Source: Planctomycetota bacterium
GTDB lineage: Bacteria > Planctomycetota > MHYJ01 > WSZJ01
NCBI GenBank assembly: GCA_038060895.1
Contig: JBBTCT010000022.1
Location: 128,001-192,000, forward strand
Direction: 5' to 3'
Length of the DNA stretch: 64,000 nucleotides
Part shown: piece by piece, positions 48,659-57,836 of the stretch
How the letters are laid out: each line of letters starts with the position of its first letter
How positions within the stretch are numbered: the stretch's first letter is position 1
Notes under the pieces: model-generated
Seen by the model: the letters and a program-made list of their open reading frames with translations, nothing else
What the model was told of the DNA's origin: nothing
Databases searched by the model: none
Translations under genes and position numbers: made by a program

Positions 48659-48897
48659 CAACCAAGAATTGAAGTAGTAACCAGCTTTCCTGCCTCTCTG
48701 CGGGTGTGGGCTCCGGCTGTTCTTTTCTCGTCGAACACATCGACCGCTTCAGCGCCGAAATTCCCTCCCCTTTTCCCCCTCCTCCTGCCGAAAAAGAGAG
48801 GTCCCGCTGTCACTCCGTGCCGCGGCGGGTCTAGGCCTTTGCCCGCGTGCCCGCTCGCCCGCCTGCTCGCCCGTCCTTTCGTCCTCCCGGAGGATTC

Positions 48898-51264
48898 ATG
48901 GCCAAGACGCCCTCTGCCACGCCGAAGTCCGAACAACTCTGCGAATGGGTCGGCATCGCGATCTTCCTCGCGAGCGCCTTCGCGTGGGTCGCCCTCGCGA
49001 CGCACGATCCCGGCGACTGGGGCGGGATGATGTACCCGCCGAACTCTGAGATCGTGAACAAGGGCTCCAAGGCCGGGGCGGCGTTCGCGTGGTTCATGTT
49101 CCTGCACTTCGGCATCGGCTCGTTCCTCATCGCGGCGCTCAGCTCGGTCTGGGGCGGCGCGATGTTCCTGCGGAAGAAGACCAGCGACCCGTTCTTCAAG
49201 TTCTTCGGCGCGGCGATCGTCGTGCTGTCCACCTCGACGCTGGCGTCGCTCGCGACTCCCGCGATCGCGCAGGGCTCGCGCTGGCACAACACGATGACGT
49301 CGATGGGCGGGCTGTATGGCGAAGCGCTGGCCCGGATCCTGTCGGATAACCTCGGGACGGTCGGGGCGGTGATGGCGGTGCTTTTCGCGCTAGCTTCGTC
49401 GGTGCTGATCGCGACGGACTGGGTGCTTCTCTCCTTCTTCATGCGCTCCTCTGAAGCGCTGGAAGGATCGTTCGACGCGACGTGGGGGAAGGTGGCGTGG
49501 GGCAAGCTGTTCGCCACGGCCCGCGGCCTGCTGAACCGCCGTCCGACGCTCGCCGCCGCGCCGGTGGCGGCGGCTGCGCCGAAGCGCGAGTACAAGCCGG
49601 TGATTGGCGAGGTCGTGCGTGACGAAGCGCCTGTGACGGGCGAGACGGTCGATGTGCCTAAGCCGGAGCCCGTGGTGGCCGCCGCGCCGGCCCCTGCGCC
49701 CGCGCCGGTCGCCAAGGTTGAGCCGAAGCCCGAGCCGAAGCGCAAGGAAGTCATCCACAAGCCGAACCCCGAGCTCCCTCCGATCACGCTCCTCGAAGAC
49801 GTGCCCGTCGAGGAAATCGAGATCGACCAGGAAGGTCGCGTGCAGGCCCTGCAGCGCGCTCTTCGCGACTTCGAGGTCCAGGCCAACGTCGTCAACTACG
49901 AAGCGGGCCCGGTCGTCACGATGTACGAGCTCGAGCTGCTGCCCGGCACGCGCGTCGCCAAGATCATCGGCCTTGCGCCCGACCTGTCGATCCAGCTCGG
50001 CGTCCCCACGCTGCGCATCGTGTACCCGCTTCCCAACAAGACCACGATCGGCATCGAGGTCCCGAACCCGCGTTCCGCCGCCGTCCGGCTGCGCAACCTG
50101 ATCGTCCAGACGGAGGATTCGTGGCGGAAGATGCACCTGCCGCTCTTTTTCGGGCAGGGAGCGACCGGCGCGCCGGTCATCTACGACCTCCAGGACATGC
50201 CGCACCTGCTCGTGGCCGGGACGACGGGGTCCGGCAAGAGCGTCTGCCTGACGACGATGATCCTGTCGATGCTGCTGACGCGCACGTCCGAGGACCTCAA
50301 GCTGATCCTGGTCGACCCGAAGCAGGTCGAAATGGCCGCCTTCAAGGAAATCCCGCACCTGATGGCGCCGGTTGTCACTGACATGCGCCGCGCGCCGATG
50401 GTGCTCGAATGGCTCGTCGCGCAGATGGAAGAGCGGTACAGCCTCTTCGCCAAAGTCGGCGTGAAAAAGATCGAGCAGTTCAACAAGCTGGGCGAGAAGG
50501 CGATCTTCGAGAAGCTGACGATCGAGGGCGAAGAGCCGCCGGACGTGGAGACGCACCTGCCGTACATCGTGGTGATCATCGACGAGCTGGCCGACCTGAT
50601 GATGGTGAGCGCGAAGGAAGTGGAAGCGACGATCCAGCGGCTGTCGCAGAAGTCGCGCGCGGTCGGGATTCACCTGGTGCTCGCGACGCAGCGCCCCTCG
50701 GTGGACGTCATCACGGGCCTCATCAAGTCGAACATGCCCAGCCGCATCGCCTTCAAGGTGGCCGCCAACGTCGACAGCCGGACGATTCTCGACCAGCCGG
50801 GCGCCGAAAAGCTCCTCGGCAAGGGCGACATGCTCCTCATGATCAACGGTTGCCAGCAGCTCATGCGCGCCCAGTGCACCTGGATCCCGGACGAAGAATC
50901 GAAGAGCGTCATCACGTGGCTCCACGAAAAGGGCGGATCCGCGACCTTTGACCCGACCCTGACCCTGGTCGCCGAATCCGCGGGCGACGCCGGCGACGGC
51001 ACGGCGGGCTGCGACGACGAGTTCTTCGAAAGGGCCGCCGAGGTCATCATCGGCGAGCAGCGCGGCAGCGTTTCGCTTCTCCAGCGCAAGCTCGAGATCG
51101 GTTTCAGCCGCGCCGGCAAGCTGATGGACGCGCTCGAAAGGGCCGGCATCGTCGGGCCGCAGGTTGGAGCGAAAGCGCGCGAAGTACGGCTGACGCTGGC
51201 GGCGTGGCAGGCGCGGCATGTGTCCGCGGCGGAGAGGGAGACGGCGGAGGCGGGGACGGCGTAG
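48898..51264 (+). CDS. ftsK: DNA translocase FtsK
   Basis: N-terminal TMs, GPVVT, IGIEVPN, PHLLVAGTTGSGKS, IIDELADLMM, ATQRPSVDVITG, gamma domain SVSLLQRKLEIGFSRA. Confidence 0.96.
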   Translation: MAKTPSATPKSEQLCEWVGIAIFLASAFAWVALATHDPGDWGGMMYPPNSEIVNKGSKAGAAFAWFMFLHFGIGSFLIAALSSVWGGAMFLRKKTSDPFFKFFGAAIVVLSTSTLASLATPAIAQGSRWHNTMTSMGGLYGEALARILSDNLGTVGAVMAVLFALASSVLIATDWVLLSFFMRSSEALEGSFDATWGKVAWGKLFATARGLLNRRPTLAAAPVAAAAPKREYKPVIGEVVRDEAPVTGETVDVPKPEPVVAAAPAPAPAPVAKVEPKPEPKRKEVIHKPNPELPPITLLEDVPVEEIEIDQEGRVQALQRALRDFEVQANVVNYEAGPVVTMYELELLPGTRVAKIIGLAPDLSIQLGVPTLRIVYPLPNKTTIGIEVPNPRSAAVRLRNLIVQTEDSWRKMHLPLFFGQGATGAPVIYDLQDMPHLLVAGTTGSGKSVCLTTMILSMLLTRTSEDLKLILVDPKQVEMAAFKEIPHLMAPVVTDMRRAPMVLEWLVAQMEERYSLFAKVGVKKIEQFNKLGEKAIFEKLTIEGEEPPDVETHLPYIVVIIDELADLMMVSAKEVEATIQRLSQKSRAVGIHLVLATQRPSVDVITGLIKSNMPSRIAFKVAANVDSRTILDQPGAEKLLGKGDMLLMINGCQQLMRAQCTWIPDEESKSVITWLHEKGGSATFDPTLTLVAESAGDAGDGTAGCDDEFFERAAEVIIGEQRGSVSLLQRKLEIGFSRAGKLMDALERAGIVGPQVGAKAREVRLTLAAWQARHVSAAERETAEAGTA

Positions 51265-51352
51265 TGAGCAGGGGGTAGTTGGTAGGGGGTAGGAAAGGCA
51301 ACGACACTCGGGGAGGGGCAAGCGCCCTTCCCCGTCTTTGTTGGAGGGAGCC

Positions 51353-51490
51353 ATGGCCAAAGATCGCTGGGAACGCTTCCTGCTCGCGCTGGTCCTGTCC
51401 GCCCTCGTCCTGGGCTCCGCGTTTGCCGCCGTCCGCGCGCGCCAGGACCGGCCCGCCCTCCCGGTCGCTTCTTCGAAACAGCGCGCCTGA
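51353..51490 (+). CDS. 45-aa single-TM small protein (below ORF-track cutoff)
   Basis: MAKDRWERFLLALVLSALVLGSAFAAVRAR...; GGAGGG RBS. Confidence 0.55.
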   Translation: MAKDRWERFLLALVLSALVLGSAFAAVRARQDRPALPVASSKQRA

Positions 51491-51632
51491 TTTCAGCGCG
51501 CGGCCACTAAACTGGGCGGGTGAGCCGGTTTCCAGGAAGCCTTCCGCGGGCCGATTCCTCGAAAGGACTCCCGCCCGCCTGACCTTATCTATCCGGGGCC
51601 GGCTTTCCGGCCAGTGCACAAGGAGAGGAATC

Positions 51633-52442
51633 ATGGCTTTCTGCCCGAGTTGCGGTTCGCCGGTCGATGCCGGCTCAACGTCGTGCGCCAAGTGCGGCGG
51701 ACCTTCGGCCGCGAGGCCTGCGGCGCCCGTCTACGTCACCGCACCTTCCCCGCACAGCGGCCAGCCGGGTGGCTTCCAGCCCGCCTACGGCGCCGTGCTC
51801 CCCGACCCCTCGCCGATGGCGCTCATCCTCGCGGCGGCCTCCTGGGTCATTTGCGGGCCGGTCCTCTCCATCCCGGCCGTCTTCATGGCCCGCTCCAACA
51901 TCCGCGGCGTCCGCGAAGGCCGCTTCAATCCCAACTCGCTCTCGATGTCGCAGCTCGCCTTCTGGGTCGCCGCGATCAACGTCGGCGTGGGCCTGATCTC
52001 CATCATCGTCGTTGCCCTGATCTTCGGCGGTGCCATGTTCTTTGCCGCGACCGTCCCCCACACGATGCACAGCCCGGGCGCGCCCTCCCGGATTTCCGGC
52101 TACTCGTCCACCCAGGCTTACGAGTCCATCGAGAAGGACGTCGAAAGCCGCATGGCCGCCCGGCCGGAGTCCGAGCGCAAGCTCTGGCGCCAGACACGCG
52201 ACGACCTCCGCACGATGCGGCGGCAGAGGGGCTCCGGGACGATGCCGGAAGCGAAGGGGTTCGCCGAACTGCTGCGCGCCTCGGATGCGAACGAACCGTT
52301 GTGGGTTGCGCTGACGGCCCTCGAGAGGAAGGCCGCCGTGGAGTCCGGTCGGATCGCGCCGGTGCGTCCGAGGCCCGCGGGGTTTACGCCCGCGGAAGCG
52401 CCGCCGGGCGGGACGACGGAGGAAGAAGACGAGGATGACTAG
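51633..52442 (+). CDS. Zinc-ribbon + DUF4190-like membrane protein
   Basis: MAFCPSCG...CAKCG, Pro-rich linker, two TM blocks; AGGAGAGG RBS. Confidence 0.75.
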   Translation: MAFCPSCGSPVDAGSTSCAKCGGPSAARPAAPVYVTAPSPHSGQPGGFQPAYGAVLPDPSPMALILAAASWVICGPVLSIPAVFMARSNIRGVREGRFNPNSLSMSQLAFWVAAINVGVGLISIIVVALIFGGAMFFAATVPHTMHSPGAPSRISGYSSTQAYESIEKDVESRMAARPESERKLWRQTRDDLRTMRRQRGSGTMPEAKGFAELLRASDANEPLWVALTALERKAAVESGRIAPVRPRPAGFTPAEAPPGGTTEEEDEDD

Positions 52443-52550
52443 GGGAAGTTCAAAGGTGTGCCTCGTTCCTCGTGCCTGGTGTCTGGAATTGAGCGCGCAC
52501 GCCTGGGAACGAAGCACTAGGCACAAGGCACCAGGCACGAGGCACTTCCC
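52443..52550. repeat. Heptamer-periodic inverted-repeat element (GGCACNA family)
   Basis: GGGAAGT...GTGCCTCGTTCCTCGTGCCTGGTG ... GGCACAAGGCACCAGGCACGAGGCACTTCCC. Confidence 0.75.
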
Positions 52551-52795
52551 TAACGCACCGCGTCAATTCCACCCCGTTCCCGCGCGGTAACAACCCCGTG
52601 CGGGCGAAGTGTTACCGCCGCGTCCCGTGTTTTCCTCTCGAAACATCCTCCCACCCGTTTCTCCCGCGTAACGATTCGCGCTTCCCGTCGCGCCGTGCGG
52701 ACTTGCGTCGCGCGCGCGGCCGGCCGTGCCGCGGCATCCGCTTTGCGTCTGTGTCGCCGGCTGTCGCGAAAGTGTGTACCCGGAGGGAAACGCCC

Positions 52796-53869
52796 ATGTG
52801 GCGCCAGCTCGGCTTCATCGCCGCGGCCTCGATGTTTTTATTTCAAGGCCTCGCCGAAGCGCAGGAACCTGACGTCCTTACGCTGAAGGCCATCTTCAAG
52901 GCCGACCGCTCCACCGGGAAAGAACTCTCCTTCATCTATATTTCCGGGGACACCCTCTACCCCGACGGCACCAAACTCTTCGTCGGCGTCCAGCCCCCCG
53001 ACGGCTTCAAGTACCTCATGACCGTCTCCTGCTACGTGGACAAGGGCCACTTCCTCGCCGAAATCGGCCCCTGGGAACAGCACTTCCCGCCCGGCAAATA
53101 CCGCGTCGTCGCCGAGTTCCGCTTCGAAGACCAGACCCCCGCCATGCAGTCGAAATTCGGCGACTTCCGCGACACGAAGCAGTGCATCATCGACGACCCC
53201 AAGTTCGCCGCCGAGTACGAACTCCAGAACCCCGCCCGCTACAAGCTCTTCAAGGACTACGTCGCCCGCACCGGCCGCTGCCCGGGCAAAACCGGCTCCG
53301 GCGATACCCACCTCGTGATCGGGTCCGAAGAGGACGCCGACCGCGCCCGCGTGACAGAGAAGGAAACGCTGCGAGGCTACGCCGGCGCGGCCGGGCATCT
53401 CGCCGCAACCCTCGCCGCCCTCCCAGAGGCCGACTTCGCTTCAGCTCTCGCAACCTGGCGCGCCGAGTGGTCCGACTTCGACACCACGATCCGCCGCCAA
53501 CGTTCCGCCGTCGTCTGCTGCAGCTACGCCGAAGCGGCCGCTTCCGTCGAATCCGCGTTCATCAACCTCGACTGGCTAGCGGGGGACGTCGAAGCGCTGT
53601 TCGTTAGGGGCACCAGGCTCCGCAAGGACGTCGAATCGCTGTCGTCGAAAGGCGCTTCGATCGACAAGGACGAACGCCGCCGCCTCGCCAGCCTGAAGAC
53701 CCAGCTCTCCGCCCTCGAAGCGGCCCGCGCTTCCCATGCCCGGACCGTCGCCGAAGCGATCGCCGACGCGCTCTACGGCCCCAAAGGCCTCGAGCCCGCG
53801 CCGGCCCGCGCCCGCAAGCACGTCCAGGAACTGCTGGAGCCGTTCGGAGTCGAACCGCAGACAAAGTAG
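52796..53869 (+). CDS. Secreted hypothetical protein
   Basis: Signal peptide ending AEA; GGAGGG RBS; genome-typical codon usage. Confidence 0.75.
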   Translation: MWRQLGFIAAASMFLFQGLAEAQEPDVLTLKAIFKADRSTGKELSFIYISGDTLYPDGTKLFVGVQPPDGFKYLMTVSCYVDKGHFLAEIGPWEQHFPPGKYRVVAEFRFEDQTPAMQSKFGDFRDTKQCIIDDPKFAAEYELQNPARYKLFKDYVARTGRCPGKTGSGDTHLVIGSEEDADRARVTEKETLRGYAGAAGHLAATLAALPEADFASALATWRAEWSDFDTTIRRQRSAVVCCSYAEAAASVESAFINLDWLAGDVEALFVRGTRLRKDVESLSSKGASIDKDERRRLASLKTQLSALEAARASHARTVAEAIADALYGPKGLEPAPARARKHVQELLEPFGVEPQTK

Positions 53870-54028
53870 ATAAGAGCCCGCCACCGACAGTTCCCGACCT
53901 CGCGGACGCCGCCACGTGGTGGCGCAGGAAGCACGGTACTCGCGACAGCGCCGTGGTTCCCGGGAGTGTAAGGTGGCGGGCTTTTCTTCGCCACGCCACG
54001 TGCAGCGAAGAAGACGGCCACTTCAAAG

Positions 54029-54102
54029 TGCCCTCGGCTGGATTCGAACCAGCACGAACATGGCTCTCGACCATGCGCCTCTGCCCATTGGGCTACGAGG
54101 GC
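54029..54102 (-). tRNA. Atypical tRNA, anticodon GAG (Leu-like), short variable loop
   Basis: GCCCTCG TA GCC CAATGGGCAGA GGC G CATGG TCGAGAG CCATG TTCGT GCTGG TTCGAAT CCAGC CGAGGGC A; all four stems pair. Confidence 0.85.
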
Positions 54103-54398
54103 AAATCTGTCCGACGGATCTTCCTTTCATGCCCCGGGCTGTACGCAAATACGAACTATCCGGGGTACCGGCTCGGGCTGTACTTCCGGATCCAGGACCG
54201 GCGTGTAAAGCCAAGCCTGGCTTGGGATTCCGACGGAAAGGAGCTTTCCAAGCTCGATCTTCGGTCGCCGACCACTATCGGGAGGAAGTCTAGGAAGATG
54301 ATCGCCCAAGAGGCCCTCGAGGTTCATCGCTCGCCGAAGTGATTCCGGTACCTCGGCCGAGGATTGCCATCGAGCTCTCGATGAGACGTCACGGGTCG

Positions 54399-56729
54399 CT
54401 AGGAATCGGAAGCCGGGTCTTGGGGCAATTCGGAGGGGTGCTCATCTGCCTGCGGTACTTGGGCAGGAGGCTTTTGCTGTTTCAGCTTCTCGTGACAGAA
54501 AATGAACTGCTCTGCGACCAGAACATCCGGCGAGTCCGACGCATCCGGGAACTCCTTACGGTTCTTGAAATCTCCCGCGCAGTGCGAAACGACCAAACTC
54601 GCGAGCTTGTCGGAGTCCACGAACCACTCAATCTCTTCCATGGTGCGGGCACCGACCTCGCCGACGTGTGCGATTCGAGACTTTGCGTACCAAGCCCGAG
54701 GAGCGACCGCACGCAGGAATCTGATGATCTGTTTCGCATCCTTCGCGAAAAGCTCCAACAGGTACGCCTCAACCGGCGTCTTTCCTTCGTGTCGTCGCCA
54801 GTCACCCAGGGGATTCCGAGCGCCGTGCTCCGCATCGTCGAGAAAGTCGTGGCCGGTTGCCGCCGCCTTCTTGACTCGCTCCACGAATGCTTTTCGAACA
54901 CGCTCGAATGCTGGTTGGTCGAGATCGTCCTTCTCTGCGCGTTCTTCGCGGCCGGAGTACATCGCCCGGATGCACTCCGAAGAAAAGTGGATTGGTTCCG
55001 CGGTCATGACTACTGTCGTGGCGACTCGTTCGCGCTCGTTCATCTCAGGAATTTGCCGAAGTAGATCTGAGACGAGGAACGCAGCTTGGGCTCGCGGCTC
55101 CAGGAATGGAACCGAGGATCGAGGCGCAGGAATTTGTGCGCAGCGCGGAGCCAAAGCGATTGCCAATCGCTCAGCGGCTCGCGGTGGTGCCGTCGCGGCC
55201 GCGAATCGAAGCTTTTCGATTCCCCGAGATGCCTTGAGCGGACTCAAGACGTTCTCGATGGCTTTGACCAAGTCGTCCTCAGTTCCGGTGGCGGCCAACG
55301 AGAATAACTGTCTTATTTCGCGATCCGCGACGTCGCGCAATCCGATCGCATGCGTGAAGTAGCGCTCGCTGTACTCAGGGCTGCAAACCCTTCGATCACT
55401 CCGCCAGCGTTCGAGCCACTCCGCTGGATACTCCGAATGACCGAACACGGCCTCGCTGCGCGGGAACAGTTCGATCAGCAGATTTCGTGCGGCTCGAGAA
55501 ACTACTTCCGGCATCGCTTCCAGAGTTGGATTCAGAAGCTTTGCGATCTCACGTTGTTCCTTCGGCGGTTTGCGATGCTCAGACTCGACGCCGGAAAACT
55601 CGTCAAGGTGGGAGCGCACGATTTCGAATACGTCAGGATGAAAGACTCGGAGGGCTTCCACCAAGAGCAAGTCGGCGAGGTTTACCTCCTCCTTGAGCAT
55701 CGGTAGCGCGAAAGCAACGGCGTTACAGAATCTCTTCGCTCGCCGGGGTGTCGAAAGTTCTACCTCCGCGCCTTCGTGAAAAGCGGACACGAATCGATCG
55801 ACCTCGCTTTGACTAAGTTCAACTCCTGCTTCCTTCAAGACTTGATTGAGCAGAGTGAAGCAAAAACTCCGAAGATCCTCGCTCGCGGCCGCAGGTAGGT
55901 TGAGAGGAAGCTGAACGATCTTCTCCAGAAATGCCCTTCCGCTGGCCGAGTCTCCGCCATAGGTTGCACCTAGCGCATTCGCAACAATCGTGTCGTCGAA
56001 AGCGAGGACATAAACGACATTCGGAAGATCAGCGCATGCCTTGACCAAGCGAAACAGCAGGTGGATCTCGTGGTTGTCCAGGCGGTCGATGTCATCGATC
56101 AGGACGACAACTCTCTTGTCGCTGGCTGCAAGAGCTTCAACGAGTCGCTCTCTCGACTGGTCGATCGTTGGTTGGCCCAGCTCAGCCGCCAACCCCGTCA
56201 CTTCCTTTGCGACTTGAGCGACTGGTCCAGGAATCACTCCAACAACTGGAGCTCCAAACCTACCCCAGCGACCGAGCCTTTCACAGATCTGCTCGATCAC
56301 GCCCTGTAGCTTCTTCCCCAAACTGGACGCCAATGAGTGAAAGAAGCCGAACAACATTCCGGTTTCATCGGTAAATCGCCATGGGTTGAACGAAACCAGC
56401 GAGATTCCCGCATCCTTTTGGAGATCTTCGCGAATGAAATTGAGAACGCTGGTTTTCCCGTCTCCCCAGGGTCCATGGATGCCAATAATCCAATTGCTAC
56501 CGCGCGACAGAGAACGAATTGTCTTACAGATTCCATCCGCAAACGGACGTCTGTTCAGTTGATCTTCCGCTTGGCCGCTGATCGCGGTATCCGTTAGGAA
56601 TCGGCCAGGCTCGTCAGCGTTATTCACGTGTGTTCCCTGAGAAGTGAGCATTTGTTCACGGGCGAATAATGTCAGATCGGCTGGGCCTGAACTCCGCGGT
56701 CCTGCCGTGTGGCTGGACATGCACGACAT
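54399..56729 (-). CDS. KAP family P-loop NTPase
   Basis: DQLNR, IGIHGPWGDGKTS (Walker A), FNPW, VVLIDDIDRL (Walker B), FLEKIVQLP, TPRRAKR; true start may be slightly downstream. Confidence 0.92.
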   Translation of the reverse strand: MSCMSSHTAGPRSSGPADLTLFAREQMLTSQGTHVNNADEPGRFLTDTAISGQAEDQLNRRPFADGICKTIRSLSRGSNWIIGIHGPWGDGKTSVLNFIREDLQKDAGISLVSFNPWRFTDETGMLFGFFHSLASSLGKKLQGVIEQICERLGRWGRFGAPVVGVIPGPVAQVAKEVTGLAAELGQPTIDQSRERLVEALAASDKRVVVLIDDIDRLDNHEIHLLFRLVKACADLPNVVYVLAFDDTIVANALGATYGGDSASGRAFLEKIVQLPLNLPAAASEDLRSFCFTLLNQVLKEAGVELSQSEVDRFVSAFHEGAEVELSTPRRAKRFCNAVAFALPMLKEEVNLADLLLVEALRVFHPDVFEIVRSHLDEFSGVESEHRKPPKEQREIAKLLNPTLEAMPEVVSRAARNLLIELFPRSEAVFGHSEYPAEWLERWRSDRRVCSPEYSERYFTHAIGLRDVADREIRQLFSLAATGTEDDLVKAIENVLSPLKASRGIEKLRFAAATAPPRAAERLAIALAPRCAQIPAPRSSVPFLEPRAQAAFLVSDLLRQIPEMNERERVATTVVMTAEPIHFSSECIRAMYSGREERAEKDDLDQPAFERVRKAFVERVKKAAATGHDFLDDAEHGARNPLGDWRRHEGKTPVEAYLLELFAKDAKQIIRFLRAVAPRAWYAKSRIAHVGEVGARTMEEIEWFVDSDKLASLVVSHCAGDFKNRKEFPDASDSPDVLVAEQFIFCHEKLKQQKPPAQVPQADEHPSELPQDPASDS

Positions 56730-56974
56730 TCGGGAGAATCTAGAATTCCTGTACTAAAGTTGTCATCTGTTGTCCCTGGGAGTGAAGAGGGGCGCGCCTG
56801 GCTCGCGCCCCTCCCGAAAGTGTTCCGGCTAGAAGTGGAAGAATCTCAGTATCGAGGCAATCCACAGTGCCTCGCTGGCCTTTTCAATCAGACAGCAAAA
56901 GTGATAAAGCGCACGCCATAACCACAGCCATCTCTGCTTATCCACCTGTTCCATCTCACTTCCTTTCAAAAGCA

Positions 56975-57376
56975 CTAGAGAATTGGAGCCGCACATTGCG
57001 GATTTCCATTTGGGGCGGTCCGGCCAGGACAGAGTCTCCCCTCACCACCTTTATCGCTCGAGACGGCCTGAGGGTTCGCAGTAGTTCCGGAGTCCGGCGG
57101 CGCGACGAGTGTGAGCTTGAGAAGGGGGATTGGTGCCGCGCCGGCGGCCGCGAGGACGTTTCGTAGGTCAGCATCCCCCACGCCGATCTTTCGCGCCACG
57201 TCGACGAGCTTGTCTACGTTGTCGAGGCGTTTCGCATCAAGCTCAGCCTGGAGAAGATCGTCCTCGATCCGGCGTCGTCGACTGGGACTGACGCGTTGGA
57301 CGATGGCACTCACCGCGTCCACGATGACGCGGAGCACGCCAGCGACTCCGAAGACGTCCTTGGTTCCCGGGCCCAT
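56975..57376 (-). CDS. Hypothetical protein
   Basis: GGAGGG RBS before ATG; helical N-terminal half. Confidence 0.5.
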   Translation of the reverse strand: MGPGTKDVFGVAGVLRVIVDAVSAIVQRVSPSRRRRIEDDLLQAELDAKRLDNVDKLVDVARKIGVGDADLRNVLAAAGAAPIPLLKLTLVAPPDSGTTANPQAVSSDKGGEGRLCPGRTAPNGNPQCAAPIL

Positions 57377-57630
57377 CAGATTTCCCTCCGGTTGTGATCC
57401 TGCTTCCTCTTCTTTGCAGGAAAGCCGACCTTGAAAGCAACGTCTTTTTCGATCTCCTCAAGTGTGTCCGCGCCGGAGGTGCTCGGGAAAATCTACGCTA
57501 CCGTTACGCTACCCTTCGCCCGTTCGAACCCCTGGAAAGCAAAGGGCGAACGAACGCGCGAGAGGCATGAGGTACGAGACCTGCTTCGCACATGAGCCGT
57601 TCTCGCACGAGGGAGAGGCTAAGTGCAAAT

Positions 57631-57658
57631 TTGACGCAGGAGCATTCCGCTCGATAAT
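57631..57658 (+). promoter_or_regulatory. Putative sigma70 promoter upstream of hen1-pnkp
   Basis: TTGACG-N16-GATAAT. Confidence 0.35.
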
Positions 57659-57836
57659 TTCACAACTACATACGGCACAGTGCTTTACAGAGAATCAGAA
57701 AATTCGGATTCACGTGTCGTCTCTTGGTGTGATCGACTCCGTTGCTGCTCTCGTACGCCGCGCGCAGCAGGGTCTTAGACTTAGCCACGATCGAGCCCGA
57801 ACCGATCCACAACCAGGATCGATTAGACTCCGCACC

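Noticed and set aside
53913-54002. Imperfect hairpin downstream of the atypical tRNA
   Set aside because: Adequately explained as a terminator-like structure between convergent units
57515-57550. GTTCGAACCCC T-loop-like sequence upstream of hen1
   Set aside because: No proper T stem or cloverleaf on either strand
57462-57836. 125-aa N-terminal extension of Hen1 in the ORF track
   Set aside because: Family N-terminus (MLLTITT) starts at GTG 57837; the upstream part is non-protein-like and contains a promoter-like motif
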